Shown one piece after another: positions 1-7,810 of a stretch of 16,535 nt of DNA. The position numbers and the translations under genes were made by a program. Source of the DNA: Candidatus Hydrogenedentota bacterium (GTDB lineage: Bacteria > Hydrogenedentota > Hydrogenedentia > Hydrogenedentales > SLHB01); contig JARKSN010000317.1 of the NCBI GenBank assembly GCA_029974275.1, forward strand, positions 1 to 16,535, given 5' to 3'. Position 1 is the first letter of the stretch; each line of letters begins with the position of its first letter. The notes beneath the pieces are model-generated. The model did not search any database, had not been told where the DNA came from, and was given only the letters and a program-made list of their open reading frames with translations.

Positions 1-288
1 CATGCCCGCATCGGCGTCGAAGACGTGCAGACCCTGGGCGGATCGGTGCAAGCCGAGCACGTACGATGGGAAAAAAACGGACAGAAATCGGACCTATGGA
101 CAAGTGAAAAAGTGCCGCCCTGCGGCATCGTCCGCATGCAGTCTCCAAGCGGAACCATGATCTTGCGCAACTACGGGACCGGCGGCCCGTACGCAAAAAG
201 CGTGATGGACGAAGCGGCAACCTCAGCGCCGCCGGCCACATCCTCGGGGCGAACATCCCCCCCAACAAAGGTGGAGATCAAACCATGA
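1..288 (+). CDS. Hypothetical protein, C-terminal fragment (5' end outside window)
   Basis: Frame 1 is open from base 1 (HARIGVEDVQTLGGSVQAEHVRWEK...DLWTSEKVPPCGIVRM...) to TGA at 286-288. It has a beta-strand-like pattern and a Pro/Ser/Thr-rich tail, and its stop overlaps the next start (ATGA at 285-288). Confidence 0.7.
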   Translation, partial: HARIGVEDVQTLGGSVQAEHVRWEKNGQKSDLWTSEKVPPCGIVRMQSPSGTMILRNYGTGGPYAKSVMDEAATSAPPATSSGRTSPPTKVEIKP

Positions 289-1025
289 AACTGACACAAT
301 TGGCATGCTCGGCATTTCTCGCTCTCGTGGCCGCTGCATGCCAAACCCATGCCCCCATCGACGAAAGCGCTCCCCTTCCAGAAGAGATCGCCCCGCCGCC
401 TCAATTCATGCCGGCGACATACCTCGCCCCCATCCACGTCGACCGGGGCCGCTACGCCGACCTTTTTTCCCCCGCATCGTACGCCGTGTGGATCGGGGCC
501 GACGTCGCCGCGATGAAACGGACGGCAGCCTTGGCCAAAGGCGAACGCATCGACCCAGGACTCGATCGAGACGCCTCTGCCATTCTGCAAAACTACCTCC
601 TGATCGAATGCGTCCTTTCCTCTTCCTTCGCCGATATGTCCATCGCCTACGACGTGGTCGGATTGCGCGGAATCACCGCTCGCCTCCTCATGCCGGACGG
701 CACGAAACTAGACCCCATTCAAACAGTCATCGGCCCCTCAAAACCCGACGCACAGACTGGAGCCCTGAAAACCTTTCAACGCACAAACATCTTCGTGTTC
801 CCCCTGAAACCTCCATCGGGAAGCAAACCCCTCATCCCGCCGGACATCCCCTCCGTCCGCCTCGTGCTCGAGTACCAGGCAAACGCATATGCCTTCGATT
901 GGGAAAATTCGATTGGCAAGGCAGAGCCACCCCCCGCCCTGCAAAAAGCTCGGGAGCTCATCGAAAGCGTGGACTACAATCAATTGTTCGGCCAAGTGCG
1001 CCGCCTCGCGCACATGCTCGATTGA
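285..1025 (+). CDS. Putative lipoprotein of unknown function (246 aa)
   Basis: SD-like GGAG upstream. N-terminus MKLTQLACSAFLALVAAA-C has a basic residue, a hydrophobic core and a lipobox-like Cys19, followed by a Pro-rich linker. Translationally coupled to the upstream ORF. Confidence 0.75.
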   Translation: MKLTQLACSAFLALVAAACQTHAPIDESAPLPEEIAPPPQFMPATYLAPIHVDRGRYADLFSPASYAVWIGADVAAMKRTAALAKGERIDPGLDRDASAILQNYLLIECVLSSSFADMSIAYDVVGLRGITARLLMPDGTKLDPIQTVIGPSKPDAQTGALKTFQRTNIFVFPLKPPSGSKPLIPPDIPSVRLVLEYQANAYAFDWENSIGKAEPPPALQKARELIESVDYNQLFGQVRRLAHMLD

Positions 1026-1032
1026 GGCCGCC

Positions 1033-1749
1033 ATGAGCACCCTACGCACACTGCTCCAGGGAGCCCTGACAACCATAGGCATCCTCCTTGTGATCATCGC
1101 CGCACTCGCGCTCCTGGCCGCCACCCAAACCCATCGCGTGGCCGGACCGGGACTAAGCGCCGCCCTCTCCCATGCGCTGGACGTCCCCGCACGCATCAGC
1201 GACGTAAACCTCCACCCCCTGCAAGGAACCGTAGAACTGATCGACGTCTCCCTAGGCAATCCGCCGGACTTCGGCGAAGGTCCGGCAATTTCCCTAGGAA
1301 AAATCACGGCCGAATTCGATCTCGGCACAATCCTTTCCCGAACCCCCACCATTCGCACCCTGACCCTGCACGACACAAAACTCGACATTCGCCACGAATG
1401 GGGACACGGCGTAAACCTGCTCATCCTGACTCAACGCGCCCGCAAATCAGGCGAAAAAACGGATCCACAGCCCGAAACAGCCTCCCCCCACCCCTCTACC
1501 GACGCCAACGTCAAACGAGGACTCATCATCCAGAAAATCATCGGAAACGGCGCGCACGTGAACCTGACAAGCAATTTGGCGCGAGGAGGCAAGGCGGAAG
1601 TCCAAGTAGACCCATTTTCCTTCGACGGAACCGAAGGCAAAGCGGCAAATGTAGCCCAGATCACGGCCATCTTGCTCGAAAACATCCTTCGAACCGCAGC
1701 CGGCTCCAAAGGACTCCTCAAACCCCTAGCCGCCTTGATCGGCGAATAG
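1033..1749 (+). CDS. Single-TM-anchored AsmA/DUF748-like membrane protein (238 aa)
   Basis: ATG at 1033 follows GAGG, 7 nt after the previous stop (preferred over the track's 889 start, which overlaps the lipoprotein). It has an N-terminal hydrophobic helix (TTIGILLVIIAALALLA) and then the beta pattern LDVPARISDVNLHPLQGTVELIDVSLGNPPDF...ISLGKITAEFDL...PTIRTLTL typical of AsmA N-terminal regions. The family call is by pattern recognition. Confidence 0.65.
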   Translation: MSTLRTLLQGALTTIGILLVIIAALALLAATQTHRVAGPGLSAALSHALDVPARISDVNLHPLQGTVELIDVSLGNPPDFGEGPAISLGKITAEFDLGTILSRTPTIRTLTLHDTKLDIRHEWGHGVNLLILTQRARKSGEKTDPQPETASPHPSTDANVKRGLIIQKIIGNGAHVNLTSNLARGGKAEVQVDPFSFDGTEGKAANVAQITAILLENILRTAAGSKGLLKPLAALIGE

Positions 1750-1763
1750 CCCCCGCTCTCCAC

Positions 1764-1792
1764 TTGAAATCCCGCTTCCAATCCGGTATAAT
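1764..1792 (+). promoter_or_regulatory. Sigma70-type promoter of the rrf2-sbp-cysTWA cluster
   Basis: TTGAAA (1764-1769), 17-bp spacer, perfect TATAAT (1787-1792), 31 bp before the rrf2 ATG in an AT-rich intergenic gap. Confidence 0.8.
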
Positions 1793-1795
1793 CTA

Positions 1796-1820
1796 AAAGT
1801 CAATCGAGTAACTAGAGAAT
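1796..1820. promoter_or_regulatory. Candidate Rrf2 autoregulatory operator
   Basis: 25-bp AT-rich imperfect dyad AAAGTCAATCGAGTAACTAGAGAAT overlapping the predicted transcription start. Length and style resemble IscR-type Rrf2 sites. Confidence 0.45.
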
Positions 1821-1823
1821 TTA

Positions 1824-2285
1824 ATGCTCACGAAAAAAGCAAAATACGGCATCAGCGCGGTGTTGGCGCTCGCGCGCGAATACGAGCACGGCCCCATGCT
1901 CATCGCGGACTTGGCCGAGCAGGAAAAAATCCCCAAGAAATTCCTGGAGTTAATCCTCCTGGAACTCAAAAATGTAGGCCTTTTGCAAAGCAAAAAGGGA
2001 AAAGGCGGGGGATATGCGTTAGGACGACCGCCATCGGAAGTCACCATGGGGCAAATCATCCGAATACTGGACGGTCCCCTGGCACCCATTCCATGCGTGA
2101 GCAAAACGGCATACCGAAAATGTGACGAATGCCGCGACGAGCGAACCTGCGGCATCCGCTTGGTCATGAAAGACGTGCGCGACGCCATCGCGGAAGTCCT
2201 TGATCATGCAAGCCTTATGGACGTCCTCGACCGTGTCCAAGCCGCCGAGGAAAATCAGGCGAAGACGTCGATGTATTACATCTGA
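1824..2285 (+). CDS. Rrf2 family transcriptional regulator (CymR/IscR-like), with 4-Cys motif and C-terminal MYYI tail
   Basis: wHTH signature MLTKKAKYG...IADLAEQEKIPKKFLELILLELKNVGLLQSKKGKGGGYALGRPPSEVTMGQIIRILDGPL. Cysteines at C91, C100, C103, C109. Lies directly upstream of the sulfate ABC genes. Confidence 0.95.
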   Translation: MLTKKAKYGISAVLALAREYEHGPMLIADLAEQEKIPKKFLELILLELKNVGLLQSKKGKGGGYALGRPPSEVTMGQIIRILDGPLAPIPCVSKTAYRKCDECRDERTCGIRLVMKDVRDAIAEVLDHASLMDVLDRVQAAEENQAKTSMYYI

Positions 2286-2406
2286 GGGGTGACCATACGG
2301 CCGCAGCCCGCGTTGGGGTCAAGCTGACATACGAGAAGTAGGTGTTCTGTTTGCGGCTGATTAGACTACTTAATCCATGTGAAATTAGGAAACGGAGGTA
2401 TTTGCT

Positions 2407-3411
2407 ATGCGTAACGTGATTCGAATCGTAGTGATGGCAGTGGCGCTGGCGGCAGGTTCTGCATGGGCCGCCCCGCAAATCAGCATGCTCAATGTTTCGT
2501 ATGACCCGACGCGCGAGTTGTACAAGGATGTCAACACGGTCTTTGCTGCGGAATGGAAGACAAAGACAGGAAAGGACCTGGACATTAGGCAATCCCACGG
2601 CGGCTCGGGCAAGCAAGCGCGCGCAGTCATTGATGGTCTGGAGGCTGACGTGGTGACATTGGCGTTGGGGTATGACATCGACGCCATTGCGGAGAAAGGC
2701 GGTCTGCTCGACGCAAATTGGCAGAAACGCTTGCCGAACAACAGTTGCCCGTACACATCGACCATCGTGTTCTTGGTGCGCACCGGAAACCCGAAACAGA
2801 TCAAGGACTGGGACGATCTGGTGAAACCGGGGGTGTCGGTCATCACGCCCAATCCCAAGACCTCGGGTGGCGCGCGGTGGAATTATCTCGCGGCATGGGG
2901 ATATGCCTTGAAAAAAGACAACGACGAGGCAAAAGCCAAGGAGTTCATCGCGGCGTTGTTCAGAAATGTTCCGGTGCTCGACACGGGAGCGCGCGGATCG
3001 ACGACGACGTTTGTCGAGCGGGGGATCGGGGACGTGCTGCTCGCATGGGAAAACGAAGCGCTGTTGGCAATCAACGAATTGGGCAAGGGGAAATTTGAAA
3101 TTGTCGCGCCGTCAATCTCGATCCTGGCCGAACCCCCTGTAGCGTTGGTCGACAAGAATGCCGCCAAAAATGGCACGACCGATGTGGCCAAGGCCTATCT
3201 CGATTTTCTCTACAGCGACGCCGCCCAAGAGATCGAAGCGAAACACTACTACCGACCCAGCAACGAAGCCGTCGCGAAGAAGTACGCAGCACAATTTCCG
3301 AAAATCACCTTACTCACCATCGACAACGACTTCGGCGGCTGGAAATCCGCCCAGGAAAAACATTTTAATGACGGCGGCGTATTCGACCAAATCTATGCGC
3401 CGGGTAAATAA
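2407..3411 (+). CDS. sbp: Sulfate ABC transporter periplasmic substrate-binding protein
   Basis: Strong SD GGAGGT, signal peptide ending AWA-A, and family motifs [74 protein letters not shown]. Confidence 0.97.
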   Translation: MRNVIRIVVMAVALAAGSAWAAPQISMLNVSYDPTRELYKDVNTVFAAEWKTKTGKDLDIRQSHGGSGKQARAVIDGLEADVVTLALGYDIDAIAEKGGLLDANWQKRLPNNSCPYTSTIVFLVRTGNPKQIKDWDDLVKPGVSVITPNPKTSGGARWNYLAAWGYALKKDNDEAKAKEFIAALFRNVPVLDTGARGSTTTFVERGIGDVLLAWENEALLAINELGKGKFEIVAPSISILAEPPVALVDKNAAKNGTTDVAKAYLDFLYSDAAQEIEAKHYYRPSNEAVAKKYAAQFPKITLLTIDNDFGGWKSAQEKHFNDGGVFDQIYAPGK

Positions 3412-3481
3412 GTAAAAAAAGATGCCGGGGCAACCGCTTGGGAAAGAGGTTTCCCCGGCCGCCAAATCCCCGAGGAGACGC

Positions 3482-4309
3482 ATGCGACTGCGCGAACGGA
3501 GCATTATTCCAGGGTTTGGGTTGACGTTGGGTTTCAGCCTGACGTACCTGTGCCTTTTAGTGCTTATTCCGTTGTCAATGTTGTTTGTCCGGACGTTCTC
3601 GATGACGTGGGCCGACTTCGTGCATACCGTGACTGGGCCGCGCGCCATCGCCTCGTACAAGCTCACCTTCGGAGCATCGTTTGCAGGCGCATCGATCAAC
3701 GCCGTTTTCGGCCTGCTGGTCGCCTGGGTGCTGGTGCGGCACCGGTTCTGGGGGCGCGATTTGGTCGACGCGATGGTCGATCTCCCCTTCGCATTGCCGA
3801 CGGCCGTGGCGGGCATCGCCTTAACGGCGGTGTATTCGTCGAACGGCTGGATCGGCCGTTTTCTGGAACCGTTGGGCGTCAAAGTCGCCTTCACCCCACT
3901 AGGCGTAATTGTCGCCCTAACCTTCATCGGCTTGCCGTTTGTCGTGCGCACGCTCGAACCCGTGATCGAAGACCTCGACGCAGAGGTTGAAGAAGCGGCG
4001 GCGACGTTGGGCGCGACACGCTGGCAGACCTTCGTCAAGGTGATCTTTCCGGGGTTGCTTCCCGCGCTGTTGACAGGCTTCAGCCTGGCCTTTGCGCGCG
4101 CGTTGGGCGAATACGGATCCGTCGTGTTCATCTCCGGCAACATGCCCATGAAAACCGAAATCGCGCCCTTGTTGATCATGACGAAACTCGAGGAATACGA
4201 CTACGCCGGCGCCACGGCAATCGCCGTGACCCTCCTGCTCGTCTCGTTCGCGCTGCTGTTGTTCGTGAATCTGTTGCAATGGTGGAGCCGAAGGAGCCGC
4301 GCGACATGA
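3482..4309 (+). CDS. cysT: Sulfate ABC transporter permease CysT (CysU)
   Basis: Motifs IIPGFGLTLG, VDLPFALPTAVAGIAL, EAA loop EEAAATLGA, FARALGEYGSVVFISGNMP. Start placed at 3482 after GAGGAG (alternative 3422). Confidence 0.95.
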   Translation: MRLRERSIIPGFGLTLGFSLTYLCLLVLIPLSMLFVRTFSMTWADFVHTVTGPRAIASYKLTFGASFAGASINAVFGLLVAWVLVRHRFWGRDLVDAMVDLPFALPTAVAGIALTAVYSSNGWIGRFLEPLGVKVAFTPLGVIVALTFIGLPFVVRTLEPVIEDLDAEVEEAAATLGATRWQTFVKVIFPGLLPALLTGFSLAFARALGEYGSVVFISGNMPMKTEIAPLLIMTKLEEYDYAGATAIAVTLLLVSFALLLFVNLLQWWSRRSRAT

Positions 4310-5196
4310 CGCCTTCCGGACAAACATCCTCCGCAGAACAGACCCGGCTTGAGCCGCCGGCCGTTCGGTTCGTGTTGCTGGGCGTCTCCCTCACGTTCCT
4401 GGGCTTGTTTCTCGTGGTGCCCCTGGCGGTCGTATTCGCCCAGGCCTTCTCAAAAGGCATCCACGTCTATTGGGCCGCCATCGTCGATCCGGACGCCCGA
4501 CACGCCATCTGTCTGACGCTCGTCACTGCGCTTGTCTCGGTGCCGATGAACGTCGTCTTTGGCATCGCGGCGGCGTGGGCCATCACCAAATTCGAATTCC
4601 GGGGAAAAAACATCCTCATCACCCTGATCGACCTGCCCTTCACCGTGTCGCCAGTCATTTCGGGTCTTATCTTCGTGCTGCTGTTCGGCGCCCAAGGCGC
4701 GTTCGGGCCGTGGCTCTCCGCGCACGACATCAAAATCATTTTCGCCGTGCCGGGCATTATCCTTGCCACGACGTTCATCACCGCCCCGTTCGTCGCGCGC
4801 GAACTGATTCCGTTGATGCAAAGCCAAGGAAGCGAGGAAGAAGAGGCGGCGCTGTCGCTTGGCGCAAACGGCTGGCAAACCTTTTGGCGCGTCACGATAC
4901 CCAACATCAAATGGGGTTTGCTCTACGGCGTGATCCTATGCAACGCCCGCGCCATGGGAGAATTCGGCGCGGTGTCAGTCGTATCGGGCCACATTCGCGG
5001 CAGAACCAACACGATGCCGTTGCACGTCGAGATTCTCTATAATGACTACAATTTCGCGGGCGCGTTTGCCGTGGCGTCGCTGTTGGCGATGCTGGCGCTG
5101 GCGACGCTGGCGTTGAAGAAAATCGTCGAATGGCGCGTGCGCCAAACGCTGGCCGAGGCGGAACGGATGGCTAGCCAGGGAAAGATCCCCGCATGA
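4306..5196 (+). CDS. cysW: Sulfate ABC transporter permease CysW
   Basis: Motifs [74 protein letters not shown] overlap with the cysT stop at 4306-4309. Confidence 0.96.
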   Translation: MTPSGQTSSAEQTRLEPPAVRFVLLGVSLTFLGLFLVVPLAVVFAQAFSKGIHVYWAAIVDPDARHAICLTLVTALVSVPMNVVFGIAAAWAITKFEFRGKNILITLIDLPFTVSPVISGLIFVLLFGAQGAFGPWLSAHDIKIIFAVPGIILATTFITAPFVARELIPLMQSQGSEEEEAALSLGANGWQTFWRVTIPNIKWGLLYGVILCNARAMGEFGAVSVVSGHIRGRTNTMPLHVEILYNDYNFAGAFAVASLLAMLALATLALKKIVEWRVRQTLAEAERMASQGKIPA

Positions 5197-6269
5197 ACAT
5201 CGAAGTCCGCGACATCACCAAAAATTTCCACGACTTCACCGCGTTGCGCGGAGTATCGCTGCAGATGGCCTCCGGCGATCTAACCGCATTGCTGGGACCA
5301 TCCGGATCGGGCAAGACGACGCTCTTGCGGATCATCGCCGGACTCGAAACGCCGGATAGCGGACATGTGTTGTTCGATGGCGTCGAGACGACCGAACGCG
5401 GCCTGCGCGAGCGACAAGTGGGATTTGTGTTTCAGCATTACGCCCTCTTCCGGCACATGACCACCTTCGAGAACGTCGCCTTCGGCCTGCGCGTGCGGCC
5501 GCGCGAACAACGCCCCACACGAAAAGAAATCCGCGATCGCGTCATGAAACTGCTGGCGTTGGTTCAACTCGACAAATTCGCCGATCGCTATCCGAGCCAA
5601 TTGTCTGGCGGCCAGCGACAACGCGTAGCCTTGGCGCGCGCGTTGGCGATCGAGCCCAACGTGCTGTTGCTCGACGAACCCTTCGGCGCGCTCGACGCCA
5701 AAGTGCGCAAGGATCTGCGCCGGTGGCTGCGACGTTTGCACGACGAGATACACGTGACCAGCGTGTTCGTGACGCACGACCAGGAAGAGGCCCTCGAACT
5801 GGCCGACAAGGTCGTCGTCATGAACGAAGGCAAAATTGAGCAGATCGGAGCGTCGGAAGAGGTGTACCATCAACCCGCCACGCGGTTCGTGTACGATTTC
5901 CTCGGAAACGTGAACCTATTCCACGGCCGCGTGCAAGACGGCACCGCATTCATTGGCGGCATGGCCGTCGACATGCCCGAAGCAGGCCACGATGGCCCCG
6001 CGCAAGCCGTCGCGTACATCCGTCCGCATCTCCTCGATATCGCCTACCACCACAACGGCGAGAGCCATTTCCAAGCGCGGGTCACCCATATCAACGCGGC
6101 AGGCCCCATCGTCAAGGTCGAACTCGAAACCGACGTCGGCGACACCGTCCACGTCGAACTGTCGCAACAACGCTACGCCGAACTCGATCTCAAAAAAGGC
6201 GCGCACGTCTTCGTAACCCCGAAAGACATGAAAGTCTTCCTCATCGACTACGCCGACTACAGCATCTAA
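5193..6269 (+). CDS. cysA: Sulfate ABC transporter ATP-binding protein CysA (with C-terminal TOBE region)
   Basis: Walker [10 protein letters not shown]-loop VFQHYALF, signature LSGGQRQR, Walker [13 protein letters not shown]-loop [12 protein letters not shown] overlap with cysW. Ends in ...[10 protein letters not shown]. Confidence 0.97.
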   Translation: MNIEVRDITKNFHDFTALRGVSLQMASGDLTALLGPSGSGKTTLLRIIAGLETPDSGHVLFDGVETTERGLRERQVGFVFQHYALFRHMTTFENVAFGLRVRPREQRPTRKEIRDRVMKLLALVQLDKFADRYPSQLSGGQRQRVALARALAIEPNVLLLDEPFGALDAKVRKDLRRWLRRLHDEIHVTSVFVTHDQEEALELADKVVVMNEGKIEQIGASEEVYHQPATRFVYDFLGNVNLFHGRVQDGTAFIGGMAVDMPEAGHDGPAQAVAYIRPHLLDIAYHHNGESHFQARVTHINAAGPIVKVELETDVGDTVHVELSQQRYAELDLKKGAHVFVTPKDMKVFLIDYADYSI

Positions 6270-6317
6270 CGCGTCGCCGCTGGAGTTCCCCAGCCGTCTC
6301 GTCCTGCAGGAAAAGAT

Positions 6318-7688
6318 TTACGGAAGTCTATCAACCGCGCGGATGGCCGACAGAACGCAGTCGTTCAAGCCAACGCCCCGATACGCGTTGCCCGCAAACG
6401 TCAGCCCCGGATGACGCGCTTCTCCCGCATCAATGGCCGCAAGCAGTTCCCCATGACGCAAAAGATATTGCGGAATGCCCGGCGCATGGCGGAAAACGCG
6501 CACCCATTCCGGAGGCGAATCAATCCCGAGCAAGGGATGGACTTCCCCCGCAAGACAATCCAGCAACTCCCGATCGCTCAAATGCGCCCCCGGGCGATCG
6601 GCATATCCGCCAAACATGCTCCGCAACAGGACGCTACCCACCGGAGCCTGACCGGGAAAGAGAGAGGATGTCCACAGACACCCCAGCACGCGCTTTCGCT
6701 CCCGAGGCGGCACAAGGAAACCGAAGCCGTCAAGCGCATGACGCACCTTCTCCCGACAATACCCCGTACACACGACCGAAATATCGGCATAGGCAATGCT
6801 CTTCAACGCTCCGGCAAGGTCTGCGTCCAACGCACCGACGGCATCCGCCGCCGCATACGCGGGCATCGCCACGATCACGCCGCACGCATCCACCATCGCC
6901 CCGCCGCCCAACGTGACGCGGTACCCCGCGCCCCGGCGCTCGATGCATTCCGCCCGCGCGCCCAAACGAACCCGTCCCGCAAGATGCGCACACGCCGCCT
7001 GCGGCAAAAAACCAATCCCCTCGCGAAACGTAGTCAGCACCCCCGAAGGACCAATGGGGCTGGCCGCCTTGTTGGTCCGGCGCTTGGCCAGCAACGCACG
7101 CGTCAAGCTTCCATAATCACGCTCCATCGCCGCCATTCTGGGAAAACAATGCGCCAATGACAACGCTTTGGCGTCTCCCCCAAAAATCCCCGTCACCATC
7201 GGAGCCACCATCGTCTCGGCCGCTTCGCGACCGATGCGCCGTGCGGCGAAATCGTAGATGGATTCGGGCGCGTCGCCGCGCCTGGCGGGAATGAGCGGTT
7301 CACACATCAACCGCAGCCGGCCGCGAACCGAAAGCAACGACGTCATAAGAAACCCAGGAGGAGGAACGACCTCCACGAGCTCGTTGTTCTTGAGAATAAA
7401 ACGATGCGCCGCGGCTTCGTTGGCCGCGTGGAGACGATCCGACTGCCCCATCCCCTGTATCCACTCAAGGGTGCGCGGCTCACGGTTGAGAAAGCCGTTA
7501 GGCCCCCAGTCCAACGTGAATCCGTCCATTGACTCCGTGCGCGTGGCGCCGCCCGCCGTTTCCGCAGCCTCGCACACAAGCACGGCGTCCTTGCCAAAAC
7601 GAAGCGCGGCATGATGCGCCGCGCACAGCCCGGTAACGCCCGCGCCCAGGATCGCCACGCGGACTTCTTCGTGATGGGTTTCAGACAT
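6318..7688 (-). CDS. hemY: FAD-dependent protoporphyrinogen/coproporphyrinogen oxidase (HemY family; often annotated hemG)
   Basis: Rossmann motif ILGAGVTGL, DWGPNGFL, GIFGGD...LS...FP, GFGFLVP, IPQY..GH and GNAYRGVGLNDC. SD GAGGTG upstream. Confidence 0.93.
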   Translation of the reverse strand: MSETHHEEVRVAILGAGVTGLCAAHHAALRFGKDAVLVCEAAETAGGATRTESMDGFTLDWGPNGFLNREPRTLEWIQGMGQSDRLHAANEAAAHRFILKNNELVEVVPPPGFLMTSLLSVRGRLRLMCEPLIPARRGDAPESIYDFAARRIGREAAETMVAPMVTGIFGGDAKALSLAHCFPRMAAMERDYGSLTRALLAKRRTNKAASPIGPSGVLTTFREGIGFLPQAACAHLAGRVRLGARAECIERRGAGYRVTLGGGAMVDACGVIVAMPAYAAADAVGALDADLAGALKSIAYADISVVCTGYCREKVRHALDGFGFLVPPRERKRVLGCLWTSSLFPGQAPVGSVLLRSMFGGYADRPGAHLSDRELLDCLAGEVHPLLGIDSPPEWVRVFRHAPGIPQYLLRHGELLAAIDAGEARHPGLTFAGNAYRGVGLNDCVLSAIRAVDRLP

Positions 7689-7810
7689 CGCTCACCTCAT
7701 GCCCCGAGACAACGTCCCCTCTACTTCCGCGAACACAAGGGCGCTAAAAAAACGACGCCTCTGCAAAACACGATTCTAAAAAAAGAACGGCCACACCGCG
7801 ATAAAAACGC

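Noticed and set aside
889..1032. N-terminal extension of the AsmA-like ORF given by the ORF track
   Set aside because: It overlaps the lipoprotein gene by 137 nt. ATG 1033 has an SD-like GAGG and puts the TM anchor at the N-terminus.
3310..4179. 289-aa - strand ORF opposite cysT, and similar long antisense or alternate-frame ORFs (305-1036, 738-1424, 6411-7160, 8081-8923, 10063-10749, 14660-15313)
   Set aside because: All overlap well-supported genes, have biased low-information composition and lack family motifs.
6270..6317. Terminator between convergent cysA and hemY
   Set aside because: Only a 5-bp stem (GCTGG/CCAGC) and a loopless palindrome TCCTGCAGGA are present, with no convincing hairpin plus U-tract.
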